From positions 8,184,001 through 8,248,000 of the forward strand of contig JAYWIR010000001.1 of NCBI GenBank assembly GCA_036172245.1: a DNA stretch of 64,000 nucleotides. Reading direction: 5' to 3'. Shown here one piece after another: positions 23,210 to 35,000 of the stretch (positions are counted from its first letter, which is position 1; each line of letters opens with the position of its first letter). The notes beneath the pieces are model-generated. The model saw only the letters and a list, made by a program, of their open reading frames with translations. It had not been told where the DNA came from and did no database searches. Position numbers and translations under genes: made by a program. The stretch comes from Raillietiella orientalis (Eukaryota).

Positions 23210-25050
23210 TGGAAGGAGCTTTCTCTCCGCTCAACGCATGCAGAGTCTCGTTCAGGAGGAATAATCTCCAGGCGAGGATGCGAAACATTCCTTGGCTGCC
23301 CCCTCCGCGCATTCTCCTCAAGGGTTCAGGAAAAAGTGCAAAGGGAAGCATTGCCCTCTTATCCGACCGCGGGCGAGGACGAGCACACGGTCAACCGCTT
23401 CACCCGATTGCCTTGCTGATGCAGGAACCGGACACGATATCCTGCCGCCCACTGATCAGGGATGCTTGGCTGCAGGATCAGTGGAATCGCACATGCGTAT
23501 GAAAAGTCCAACCCTCCTCCAGAGCACTGACACAGAGAGAGTGCGGGGAATCGCCCCTGTCAGGGATTCCAGATAGTCTGCCTCCCATATCTCAGCGTGT
23601 GACCATCGAGGAGGCCATGAGTCTACCACTTCACTGTTGGGATCAGAAGGAAGTGGACGCTCGTGAAGCGTAGGAGGTGACCTGCCAAGTTGCCGGGGAC
23701 ACCAAGTTCGCGCAAATCCTCTAGCTCGGTGAACGAGGCCACTCCAAGTTCCGGGTACTTCAAGATAGATGGAATCTCCGGAGATTCTCGGGATCTTGTG
23801 GCAGAACGACATGTGGATGGTTCTTCTGGACGCCTTTTCGCCAAGTGGGAAGGAGAAAAGCCACCACGCTCCAGCATGGATTAAGCCCAAGGACTGCCCC
23901 CACTGAGGAGTAGTGAAACACTCTCCTGCTTCGGGTTCCAGAACAAGACCTGCTTCAGGGACAGAAACGCATCGCAGAGGCCCCTCGTTTCCAGGATTCC
24001 TAGGAGAGCTCTTCTCTGAGGTGGTCTACGTCTGTAAGCTTTCCAGTCGCCTTATCGCTGACGATCCTCTGGGAGCTGGAGCTTTCCGTTGCAATCAGAT
24101 GGATCCATCTTCTGGAACACGAGTTCATCGAATCTTGGTGCAGTACAACACGGAAACAAATTACTGGACCATGGGAACGTAAAGCGAATGCCGAACGGCA
24201 TCCGAAAAATATTGCTGCTTTCTAGCGGAAGGCGGAAGCTGGAATCAGCGGGTAAGTTCGATATCCCCATCGTTTTCTTCAGCAGCATCAGATGGCAAAA
24301 CTGAACGGCGACGAACCTATTTGTTCCGGCATACCCTTTTCTTCCGCGGCGTCGGCCGGTGCCCATCGGGTGCACGCGAATCCCCCTCGGTCACCGCTGC
24401 GCTGCGCTCGCTCTGGAGGCGAATTCGAACTTCCCGCCCAACACGGCGCCGCTTCTCGCCGACGGCACTTCTAGATGGCATCCGCGGCGCGAATTCGCTC
24501 GGAAGGGGTGGCGCTGAGGCCGAATCGCGGGGGAAGTGGAGCTGCAAGTTGCTTACGTACGGAACGTCAAACTGGAGCTACGTGAGAGACGTGGGGCTGC
24601 GAAGCAACTCCTGATTTCGGGGTGTGAGGCCCGCCATCTTCTCCGACTGCTTCCGTGGTCGACAGCGGGAAGTCGCCTTGAGCTCGGTGCGACACGAGTC
24701 GGCGACAGGAAGAACTTGGGAAGAGACCATCACCACGGGCAGAACACGAGGACGCCAAACGAACTCTCTTTCGAAATGGTGCAGGGCGCAACGACTGGCG
24801 CTTTTTAAGCCTTTCGCGCTCGCGCGAGGAGCAGTGGCGGTGGGCCACGGCAACTGCGTGATCGGCACCCCGACTGCGTGTGGTGGTTGCTGTTGCCCCC
24901 TTCCTCAGCTGGATTCCACGCACTGCGCAGCACGCATTTGGTCTTCGGGAGATGAGCCGACCTGGAAGCGGGATTTGTCACTTTGGAACCGGCAACGAGA
25001 CGCTGATGCCCGGCCATCCCTCACGCACAACGAAAGCTCCTCGCGATGCT
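23210..25050 (-). mobile_element. Degenerate Ty3/Gypsy gag-pol remnant
   Basis: Minus strand: knuckle-like Cys/His remnants near 24770-24880; GMPEQIGSSPF..NDGDI (GIIE..S.W..K.DG); FRMPFGI; PSILKYP; RSDKRAM (SDNG-like); FLLN..LHALSGES (integrase C-terminal region). The order matches RT-RH-IN. Confidence 0.5.
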
Positions 25051-25749
25051 GAAGGTGGCCGCGGGGGGAAAGCAGACTCTCCTGAGGTCAGGACCCGACA
25101 ATTTTCGTGTGCTGTGTGCACAACGCAAAGGAAGAAAAATTCGTTATTTCATTACCAACCGCTCCAGATGAGAAATCGGTTACTTATTTACCGGAAATGC
25201 AGAGGTCAACATGCAAATCATGATCCTAATAACGCGGCTCAAAAGGGTTGGGAAGCAAGAATGCAGGATGAGAATTCTGTCGTCAATGTCTGCGGACAGT
25301 CACTGTTTTCACGATCTAAAATGAAAGGGGTTGCACGAATTGTCAAATTCAAGAGCGAACGATGATTCTGTTCACACTGAATGATGACTCATTAGAGAGT
25401 TGCGTCTTCCTCGAGCATGGCATGCAGCATGCGTTATTTTGTTGACCTGAGTTTCGAGTGTGCCTTCTTCTGATGCACTTTCTTTGCTTGGCGTAACTTG
25501 GAGCTTGATAAATCAACCGTCATGAAAAAACGCTGCCGTTGCTGCAGAAAAAGAAGTGAATCAGACATGGAACCTCTCTGCTATGATGTATGTTCTTTCC
25601 TTACTATGGTCAAATCTTTTGTTTGCACATCGGGGAAGGGATGATGACTAATTGCCGATCTTCAGGAGTGTTGTGTGAGCATGGGGTGTTTCCTGCGAAT
25701 GATTCAGATTTCCTCCTGAACTTCGATCTGAGTATTACGCCTCCTTATG

Positions 25750-27200
25750 GAATGAATTGGAATGTGGTAAAATTTCGCGAGTCAATCCATCCACAGTCGA
25801 CATTTTAGAAGTTTAATTTTGGGGATACTCCTGTGCTTTCCCTCCTATAGTTACACTCCTGTGATGTTGCCATAATCCACTCAGGTGGAAAATGTTTCTT
25901 TTGCCAAGTCAGGATGCTCTAATCCAAAAATGCTTAAGAATCTTTACACTAGCGGAAATTGCTAACAGCTTGACAGGTGCCTTATGTCAGTGGTCGAGAA
26001 GAGAGAACCACGGAGTTTTGTTTTTTACCGTAATAGCATTGAAATAAGTGTACATTCCAAATAATCATAGGCAATTGACAGATTATTCCCCAATATTTGA
26101 TGACATTCACTGGAAGAGCGGCTTCTTTTAAGAGCCCAATATTTCAAGACTTGTGGAGGGTGATATCGGTTGTATATGTGATCATTTACTGATTGAAATT
26201 CATGAGAGTTGCGTGCCCCATACTTGAATTCTCGGCTGGCTATCCTTCCTTGTCCCAAGAGATTTTAGAATAGCGATTTCATTTCAACTTAAGTCCATGA
26301 AATTGAATGTCATTACTTCAATGATATGTGCAATTTACGGTAACGGGCATCGAATCGTGCATTTCCAGTGCTTTAAGATTCCTTATGTATTTATTATGAT
26401 TTTGAAGTGGGTGCTGGTTAGTGTGCATGAAGAATAATCACTGCAGCACATTCCTAAAGGGCTGACACGCTAGATTACATATGTCCTCTTTGAAGGCTAA
26501 TGAGAGGAGAAACAACAATGGCATGTGCTATATAGGAGATGCATATGTTTGCAGTTCAAGGGTCATATGACACACTACGAATAGCTTTCCCACCACATGA
26601 CCGCAACACTTGTTTTGGGGTTATGTCACATGAATCGAATGATGAGAGCAGGGTATGCAGAGATGGGTGTCAAATGCAGAGGGTTAATAATGTGGTATTA
26701 ATGATTTAAGTTTAGGAGTTCCCTGCTGGAGAATGAAAGGGAGAGTCTGATGGAGTGGAGCAGATTTTTTGGACGATTGCACCTGCGTCAAATAGCAGCA
26801 GGTGCTGTGGCCGCGCTTCCTACATCATTGTGGGAAGAGACTGTTCATGGAATACTATACAGCATTTAAGGTCCGAAGAGGAGAGAACAGATCGGAGGGG
26901 AAGGAAGCTTAAAATTGAAGGTTGAAAGAAAGTCTGTCTCTAGAGGAATCGCGTTCCTCTGTGTTTGTTGATCCTTCAGCATGTAATAACAGCTGAAGGA
27001 TGGAATAGTTTTTGATTTATAATATCACTGGATCGCTTTCCATTCTGTGCATTTTGATCTTGGCTTACCGGAGTTCTAACTATGATCAAACTATACGTCT
27101 ATAATTACCTCAAAAAACGAAAATGCGTATAGCATGGAGGGCAACTTCTACTGCTGGATCCCTGATGCATCAAGCTCCTTTCTAATACCGCTTCACTTAT
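25750..27200 (-). mobile_element. Possible very old I/Jockey-group LINE remnant (ORF1 knuckles + endonuclease)
   Basis: RSCGGK and CVI..CKH..STC remnants near 26520-26610; IYNRYHPP (YRPP-like) near 26155-26180; LNF*NVD near 25800. Confidence 0.25.
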
Positions 27201-29088
27201 CAGCGCTGACACTGGCACCAAAAATACCGAGTGAAAATTATTTGAATTGTCAATCGACTTATTATGCCCAACTCACTTTAGCAGCCTTAAAACTGGCGAA
27301 ACATTTCCTAATAATTGTAGCTACGGGATAGTTCTTCAGGGTGGAGAATTCTCCATTAGGTGAAGAATGGTCTGGAAAGACCATGTCGTTAATGCTGATT
27401 CTCCAGTTAGTATGATTCATATGGAAAGGAGGCAGAGACAAACAAATAGAGTGATTCTCCAAATCCACAGTCATTAAGAAACTAATCACCAGATTAAGGC
27501 AGCCAAGCAATCTTTTTGTTTTTCTTAACGAGCACTCCATGCTCATCTTCTTCACTCTCTACACATTTAAGAAAAATAGATCAACAATCATTACCCAAGA
27601 AATGATAGCAAAGGCATTCGAAACCATCATTTTTTAAAGAACCCGACCGATTTTCCCAAAGTTACGCAGGGCATCATCATTCATAGGAGGTCTTAGCTTA
27701 GCTTTACCTATAGATCCATGAAAACTTCAGAATCTCTGTTCTACACACCAACATCTACCGAATGTGCTCTTCCCTAATGCTCCTTGTGAATCAGTCGGCA
27801 GCCAATTAGCCAAATTCGTGTACTCCACTGAACATAATGATCGTGCTAATCTTTAGCAACTTTCCACCAACTTTGATAGCAACGTCTACGGATAAGTTTA
27901 CCAAAAAAATGTGTCCGAATCTCCAGGGTCTACCGCGAACGAACAAGTTGATACATTAAACGACGAGGTCATCTTAAAAGATTACTGTAGAAATGCTTGT
28001 AGAGACATGTTAGGTTATCAGAAGTTCATGAAGCGAAACTTTCTACAAATAGAAAGCTTCATGTTTTCATCTTAATTTCTTATTGCCGGTACTGATATAT
28101 ACACAGATGTTTTGTTTTGTTCATTATTGTAGACGTGCTAATTTGCATTGGATTTGATTAACGTTGCTTTCGGATTTTTTTTTCCCAGTATCGATTACGC
28201 GTATTAGTAATACCATTTTCTATCAAGCTTGCTGTCCAAAAAAAAAGTATTCGATTGGGTCGACAGCATTATGGAATAATAGTTTTTGTGGTTTCCAGTA
28301 TAATATGGGAAAGGGAAACCCTTAATGCCACTTAATTCTGAGCTAGAATGGTGTACAGTTGTATGTTTATATTTAGCGTTTATTGGATCCGGAAGAGACC
28401 ATGAAACATTTTGACTTACGCTGGAACATGGTGAGTCAATCCGATTGACAGAAGTTTCTCAAAGTATGATGATTTCAGACCATCAAGGAGTTGATTCTCT
28501 GTGGAATTTGGTTCAACCTGTTATTCATTATTTGATATGTAACCTTTCAGACCCATATTTGTTTTATCATAGAAACATGAAAAAAAAGGTTTAGCAAGTT
28601 TATTTCACACAAGCATAAGTATTAAATGCAATTGCACAAAACATTCTGCAGTTCAAGATGCAAAAGTCAAGAACGAAAATATGGTTATGTAAGTATGTTT
28701 GTACGTTTCGTACCATGGTTTTGTGCGTTTTCATGTATTGCTTAATCTTTGTTTGATTTATAATGCCTCACAGTAACAGCAAAAGGTTGCAAATTAAGGT
28801 TCACAAAGTTCAAATGGAATGGTTAACTTTACGAGTGTTGAAACAGTACTCCTCTATTGTGTAAATTGGAAAAGTATTCGATAAAACTTGATTTCATATA
28901 AGGCATGTATTGTGCTTTGAGAAAATTTAACTGCTACTTCTTGTATGATGTAAATGTGAATACATTTCGTTCTGTTTGCTAAATATGCTTTGTGATGTCA
29001 TTTGAATTATATGTCATGTGAATTATATTTCAAGATTTTAAACCAGTCAGATTAATCAGTTAAATCTTGGATCTCTTCAAAACACATC

Positions 29089-32000
29089 ATGCAAGGAATT
29101 TTTTTGTATATACTTCTTTACACTTACTTAATCTGTGTTGTTGGTAAGTGCTGAAATTCATTAAGTGTTAAGTAAGCTTTTGATTTTAGTTTCCTTGTGA
29201 TTATATTTCAGTGTTTGCAAAAGTCTTTTTCTTAAGCTCAAGTTTTATGCTTACGGAAGTGTTTTTTAATGTGAATGTTGACTGTCTTTCCTTTTTCCAG
29301 AATCATATAATGAAACATTTGTTAGAGTTCATAAGAGTTCGAATATCAGCCTGAAATGCTTGACAGACAATATTTCCTTTACTTCATGGAATTATCCTTT
29401 AACCAACACAAGTGAATCGAAACTGAATTCTGTACTCTTTCAAAAGGATAATAGATCTCTTACTCTGCTCATTCAAAATGTGACTTTTGATAATGAAGGA
29501 GTTTATACATGCTACGTGTCTAATAATATATCTTCACCCAAGCAAATTTTAGTGAAATACAGTGTTACAGTTTATGGTACGTATGTTTTTTGTTTCTTCA
29601 TTTTTCGTTTTTGGTTAAACATGATTCAGATTTGAATTCTAATGTACCTCGGTTTTTATCATCATAAGCATGTTATATCATTTAAAAAAAAAAAGTGTCA
29701 GGATTTCTGATTCATTTATTATTTGCTGTGAATCTCTGGGCATGCTATATTTAAGCTTACAAAACTAATTTCACTTTATTAAGGACAATATTCAGATCTT
29801 TGAGCACCTTAGATTTTTGCATGACTGTTGATCATTTATTGGTTTCATAGTCAGTCCAACCAGGCACTTGTATTTCTGAATTGCAATAGTTTACTATGTT
29901 GCAAATCATTAGGGTAAGAATGCCATTGGCGATGAGATTTACATTTGTTATAAGGAAGTTTTATTCAGCATTTAACTGTATTTGCTGTTCTAAACAAGAT
30001 GGGTATTGTACTGAATTTTAATTCTCATAATTATTTGTAGTACTGATCATTTAATGATGCACATGTGAAATCTATTGTTGTCTTTAAGATCTTACAATAA
30101 GAAGGTTTAAAATCCATGTATCTAGAGTATGTATGATAGAACATGTTTTCAAATAATAAATAGGAAGTGTTGAAATCTGTATCTTGAATGGAATGGTGAA
30201 TTGCATGTTTGTGCTCCCTTTAGCATTCTTCTTTAAATACTTTTGATCAACATACTAGGTTTTGAAGAAATCTTGTGAGTGTGAGAAATTATACCTGCAT
30301 ATGCATGTGAGTAGATAGATTTTATGGCTAATGCAATTAATAGTTAGCTATTCATTGAGGCATAATGGAATTTTGAGGTAATTGGTTTCAAAATATGAGA
30401 ATCAGAATTGCACTTATAGTGTAATTTTGGTGCAGGTCAAATGAAGGGAATGAAATAAATGAAAGTGGGTGGCATGTGGAAAGGATGAGAGTGTGATTGA
30501 AGTTTTGTGTTAAAAAAAGAAAAAAAGCATTGCTTTTATGGTAAGTGTTGTTGAAAATCATGTTAGCATGCCATAACATAATTCTCCCTATAAAAATTAC
30601 GAATTTTGATACCTACCTTTGTTGCATCCATATTTCCTGTTCATTATGTGTTGAATTTTTCATTTTTTGTATATGACTTGTGTGTGGTGATTATTCAACA
30701 TTAGGTAATTCCTTGCCATCATCTTGATGATCACTGTAATTTCTTTTCCAAGACTATCATGTACAACTTTCTTTGATCTGATTGAAATTGTTGTTATTAT
30801 GTTCTTAATCTCAGGTAAACCAACAGTACATGATGTTCGTAATGTAAGAATGAAAGCAACTGAAAATGCAATATTGAGATGCTCATTTACTGGTAATCCT
30901 GTTCCTAATGCAACCTGGAATTTTACTTTGTCGGATAATAGGTAACTTGAATTTATGAATCTCATTGTAATGTATTTAAAAACTATTTACAATAAAAAGC
31001 ATTTTGATTTTTAGTGTTGAAAAATTTTGAATTCTTCTGTTACTGACCAGTAGTATTTTTCTTGTTTTTTCAGAGTTTGTGAATCTTTCAGTTTAATCTA
31101 GTGTTCATTTATTTCAAAATGAGTTGAAAACTCTTGGATTTTCTGGGCTTTTTGCTTAGCATTGTGAATAGTTTATGCCGAGTTTATATGTCATTGAGTT
31201 TATTGATGATTTAGGAGCAGAGTGTGTTTGCAGTATGATTGCCAATTTGACTCAGTTGTTTTTTTTGCATTGTGCTCTTGTAGCTTGAAGTTATGTTGAA
31301 TGTTTCATATTATCAGTGCAAGAAGTGTTTCTAGCTGGAAACTTTGTGCAGTCCTTTGGTTATGTTTGGTCATTATCATGATAAACTAAGTTCAAAAGTG
31401 TCTCAAAATCTGGGGAATCATTTGGTTTAACAGAAAATTCAGGGGATTGCTTATTTATTGCTTTTTAATGCCCATTATGTGATGAATATTTTTGTTGGAA
31501 ATTTTTCATACATTAGAGATAAATTGGCACAAGCAATCCAGTCTTGACTTTTGAAAAGTTTTGTGCTAGTTTAAAAATCCTAATTTGAAAAATCCCAGTT
31601 CTTTTATTTATGTTATGAGTGAACTTGTTTGGAAATTTTTGCTTACAAATTGCTATCCTTACAGACATGTTATCAATCATGAGTTTATCCATAAAGGAGT
31701 AATGATCTCTTTGCAAATACAAAATGTTTCTGCAGCTGATAATGGTACTTATCAGTGCTTGGGATTGAATTCTGAAGGAGAAGTTTCAGCAAATGTGCAT
31801 CTTACAGTTTTAGGTAACAACTTTTGAAAACTTTTCCTTTGTGAAATCTGATGTCAGTGGCAAAGTATATCTTCAAATGCTGTAATTAAGTTTTTTTCAA
31901 ATTCAGTGTCTTCAAATTATGAAAGTTAATTGTAAATCTTTTCACTTTCAAATTGTAACCTATTCTTGGCCAGTGATATAATATATGGGTTATGAGACTT

Positions 32001-35000
32001 ACTGTAATGTGATCAATTTGTTCATAAAGCTTTTGATAAAGTTACTTGGTAAATGAATCATTCACATATGTTTATTTGATGATGAAAATCTAGAAATAAA
32101 TTTCAATTTTGATTCTTTATGATAATCAGGAATGTGTTAAATGTGTGCTTCAAATTTAATTGAATTCCATTTATGTTACTAAATTATAACATGCCTTCAG
32201 AAAGAAGTAAAACCAATTGTTTTGCTAGGTAATCTGCAGTTGATAGTTGATTATTTTTAGAGTCAGTAGAAATGTGTTGACAATACATTTGCTCTTATAT
32301 GCAAAAATAATGTGTGTTTGTTATTTCTTCATATCTGTCTTGCCTGATTGAATTTGTAAAGTTTTTGTATTGTCAGATTAACCAATTTTCTTCCTATTTA
32401 TTTGGTTCTCTTAGCAAGTGTATTGGGAATCAAAACTGATTTCTTCCAGGGATGTGAATTATCTTAGTTTGCTGCAAAAATCCAAAATACTTTGGGAAAG
32501 GGGAATTTATTTTCAATTTAGATGAAGGCAGTGATTTTTGATTTTTTTTCATTAATATGGTAAAATCACCAAGAAAGGATAGAAATTTAATATGTTGCAT
32601 ATTTTATTACACAGAGCACATTGTGCATTGATTTCATCTCCTGCTCTTTATCTATAAGTAAATTAATCAAATCTTTGCAAGTTGTGTTATGTAATCCGCA
32701 CTTTTGAAGCATTTCTTTTTTTGTTGCAACTTTGTTCCGAATAGTTTGCTGTTAATTTGCAGGTGTAATTTTGATCACAAATTAATTTAGATTTTTGTGC
32801 ATGTTGTTCAGATTTTGTGATTTTCTTCAACCCTTGTAGCTGTTTCATTCAAACCACCAGTGGTGAAACAATTGGTGACAATCGGTCAAACAACAACAAC
32901 CATACTTTTGGTGAAATATATTTCAATCAGTGGACTAAATTTGCTTGCAGTGTAATGTGCTTTCTAGATGTGAGGGACAGAAGGGCTAGTTAACTGCATA
33001 TACAAGTGTGTGCAGTATATATTCATCTTGCATTTGCTTAAATAATTCATTGAAGTTTATCTGGACAATCAAGCATTTTGCACTGCTTTTATAAAGCTCA
33101 TACTTAACTCATACCTTTAATTCACCTGTATTAAATGGGTTTCCACCATAAATAATCAGAACTTAAGAACTAATATGAATGTGAACAATTTAAGAGTATG
33201 AAAGGGTTTTCTAAGTTCCCCACTTAATGATGCATGTGGAGTAAAAGTACAGCAGACTTATGGCTCCTGTTAACAAATTCCAAACAGGCAGTGTTCTAGT
33301 AGGTCTACAAATCGAGAAAAAGAAGACCACATAATATTGAAAACTGATGGGTTTCCAAGTTCCACTGTACACCTATAAAATTTAGTCAATCTAATCAATT
33401 TTGACTGACAGAGCCTAGTATTCTAAATATTTATTTCTAATATCGTTAGAGTTATAGCAAGTGGTCTCAAAGGAAGGTACATCTAAGTTGGTTGAGTAAA
33501 TGGATCATCTCCTCTTAGGTATCTGGTTAGGGTTTCCGTTTTTTTTCTGGCTCGTCAGTTTTTTCCAATTCACCAAATGCTACCTTTTTCGGACATTTTA
33601 GTATCTGCCCATATTTATTTATTGTTCAGATATGTAAACTCCTTTCATTGTAAAAGGAACTGTAGGGCAAATGGTGTTCATTAGTAGTCCCTGGACAACT
33701 TTCTTTTCCATCAAGAATTTATCATCAGCACTAAATTATTATTAAATCCGCGTTGCCCTACATAACTATGCGCATTTGATGCCATTCATTTAGCAGATAG
33801 ATATAATTTTTTATAAAATTTTATATATAGAGAGATAATTCCATTTTTTTGCTTACTTTGGGTGAACATATGGAGACAGATTGGTTGTTCTGATAGTTAC
33901 AATTACTTGATGATGGAAAAGCAGCCCAGTTCGAACCGCTATTTTTGTTTTCGGAATTTTTAGTGTTATGTATACTTGGTTGCAAATTCCTATTTTTGTT
34001 TCTTCTAGGAGAATTTTCTGGAACATTCTGACTCTTATAAATTTCAGATAAATGTACCTTGCAGTTGGATCAAATTATTAGTTTTGGAAAAAGGAGCATT
34101 TTTCTCAATTGGACTGTTAATGATGGCAATTCGAGACTTCATGCTGTGCACATTGAGGTCAGTTCACATTTACTGAATGTAAGTGCCAAGATTATTATTT
34201 TTCGCATTGATGGCACTGTTTTATGCACCGCACTATAATTCAGGTTCCATAATGCAACAAACTTTCGCATATAATGTTGTTTTATTTTGTTGCAATGGTC
34301 TATATTCAATTTTCTGCTGCTCTCCCTTTGCTCAAGGAGCCCTTCTATGGAAATATAAAGTTTTCCAACCTTCTGCTCATTATTTGTATCAGAATTAACT
34401 TTCGGTGCGCTTCGGCACATTCAGCATTTCCTAATTAATTGCAAAGGTTCTATAAAATTGTCACCTAATTGGCTCAGATCTTGCTCTCGTAACCAGAAAA
34501 TTTGTGCGATATTCTTTCGGTCAATTTTTTTCATTGAATTTAATATCGAGTTTTGTGCTGTTCGTTTTGCAAGCAGCCTTCATGTAATGAGAAATTCAAA
34601 TTCTTTGCCGTGTTATTAATGCGAGAAGTTTTCTGTATTCTCGCCCAACACTTTGTTTCTCATCAGTGGTTTTCCATCTTCAAGCAGGACGTTCTTTTAC
34701 ATGTTCCCCCTCCCCCCTTAAAGCTTTCATATGTATGCAGAAGGTGAGAGCACCGATGATCCAACTCATCCATCATCTTTGCTAGCTCTGCCACTATGGT
34801 AGTCTATTGTTTTATTTTGGTAGCAGTCTACTTTGGATACACAAGCAAATGCATAGCAGCCCAGTCATCAGTCATTAGTCATGGTTACTGCATGGCCTTA
34901 GAAGGTATCATTATGAGGAATCGATACATTCTTTGAACGACTGCTGTCACATTCCTTCCAAAAAGAGTGACTGTTAAATATCTCGGTTATTGTGAGGGTC

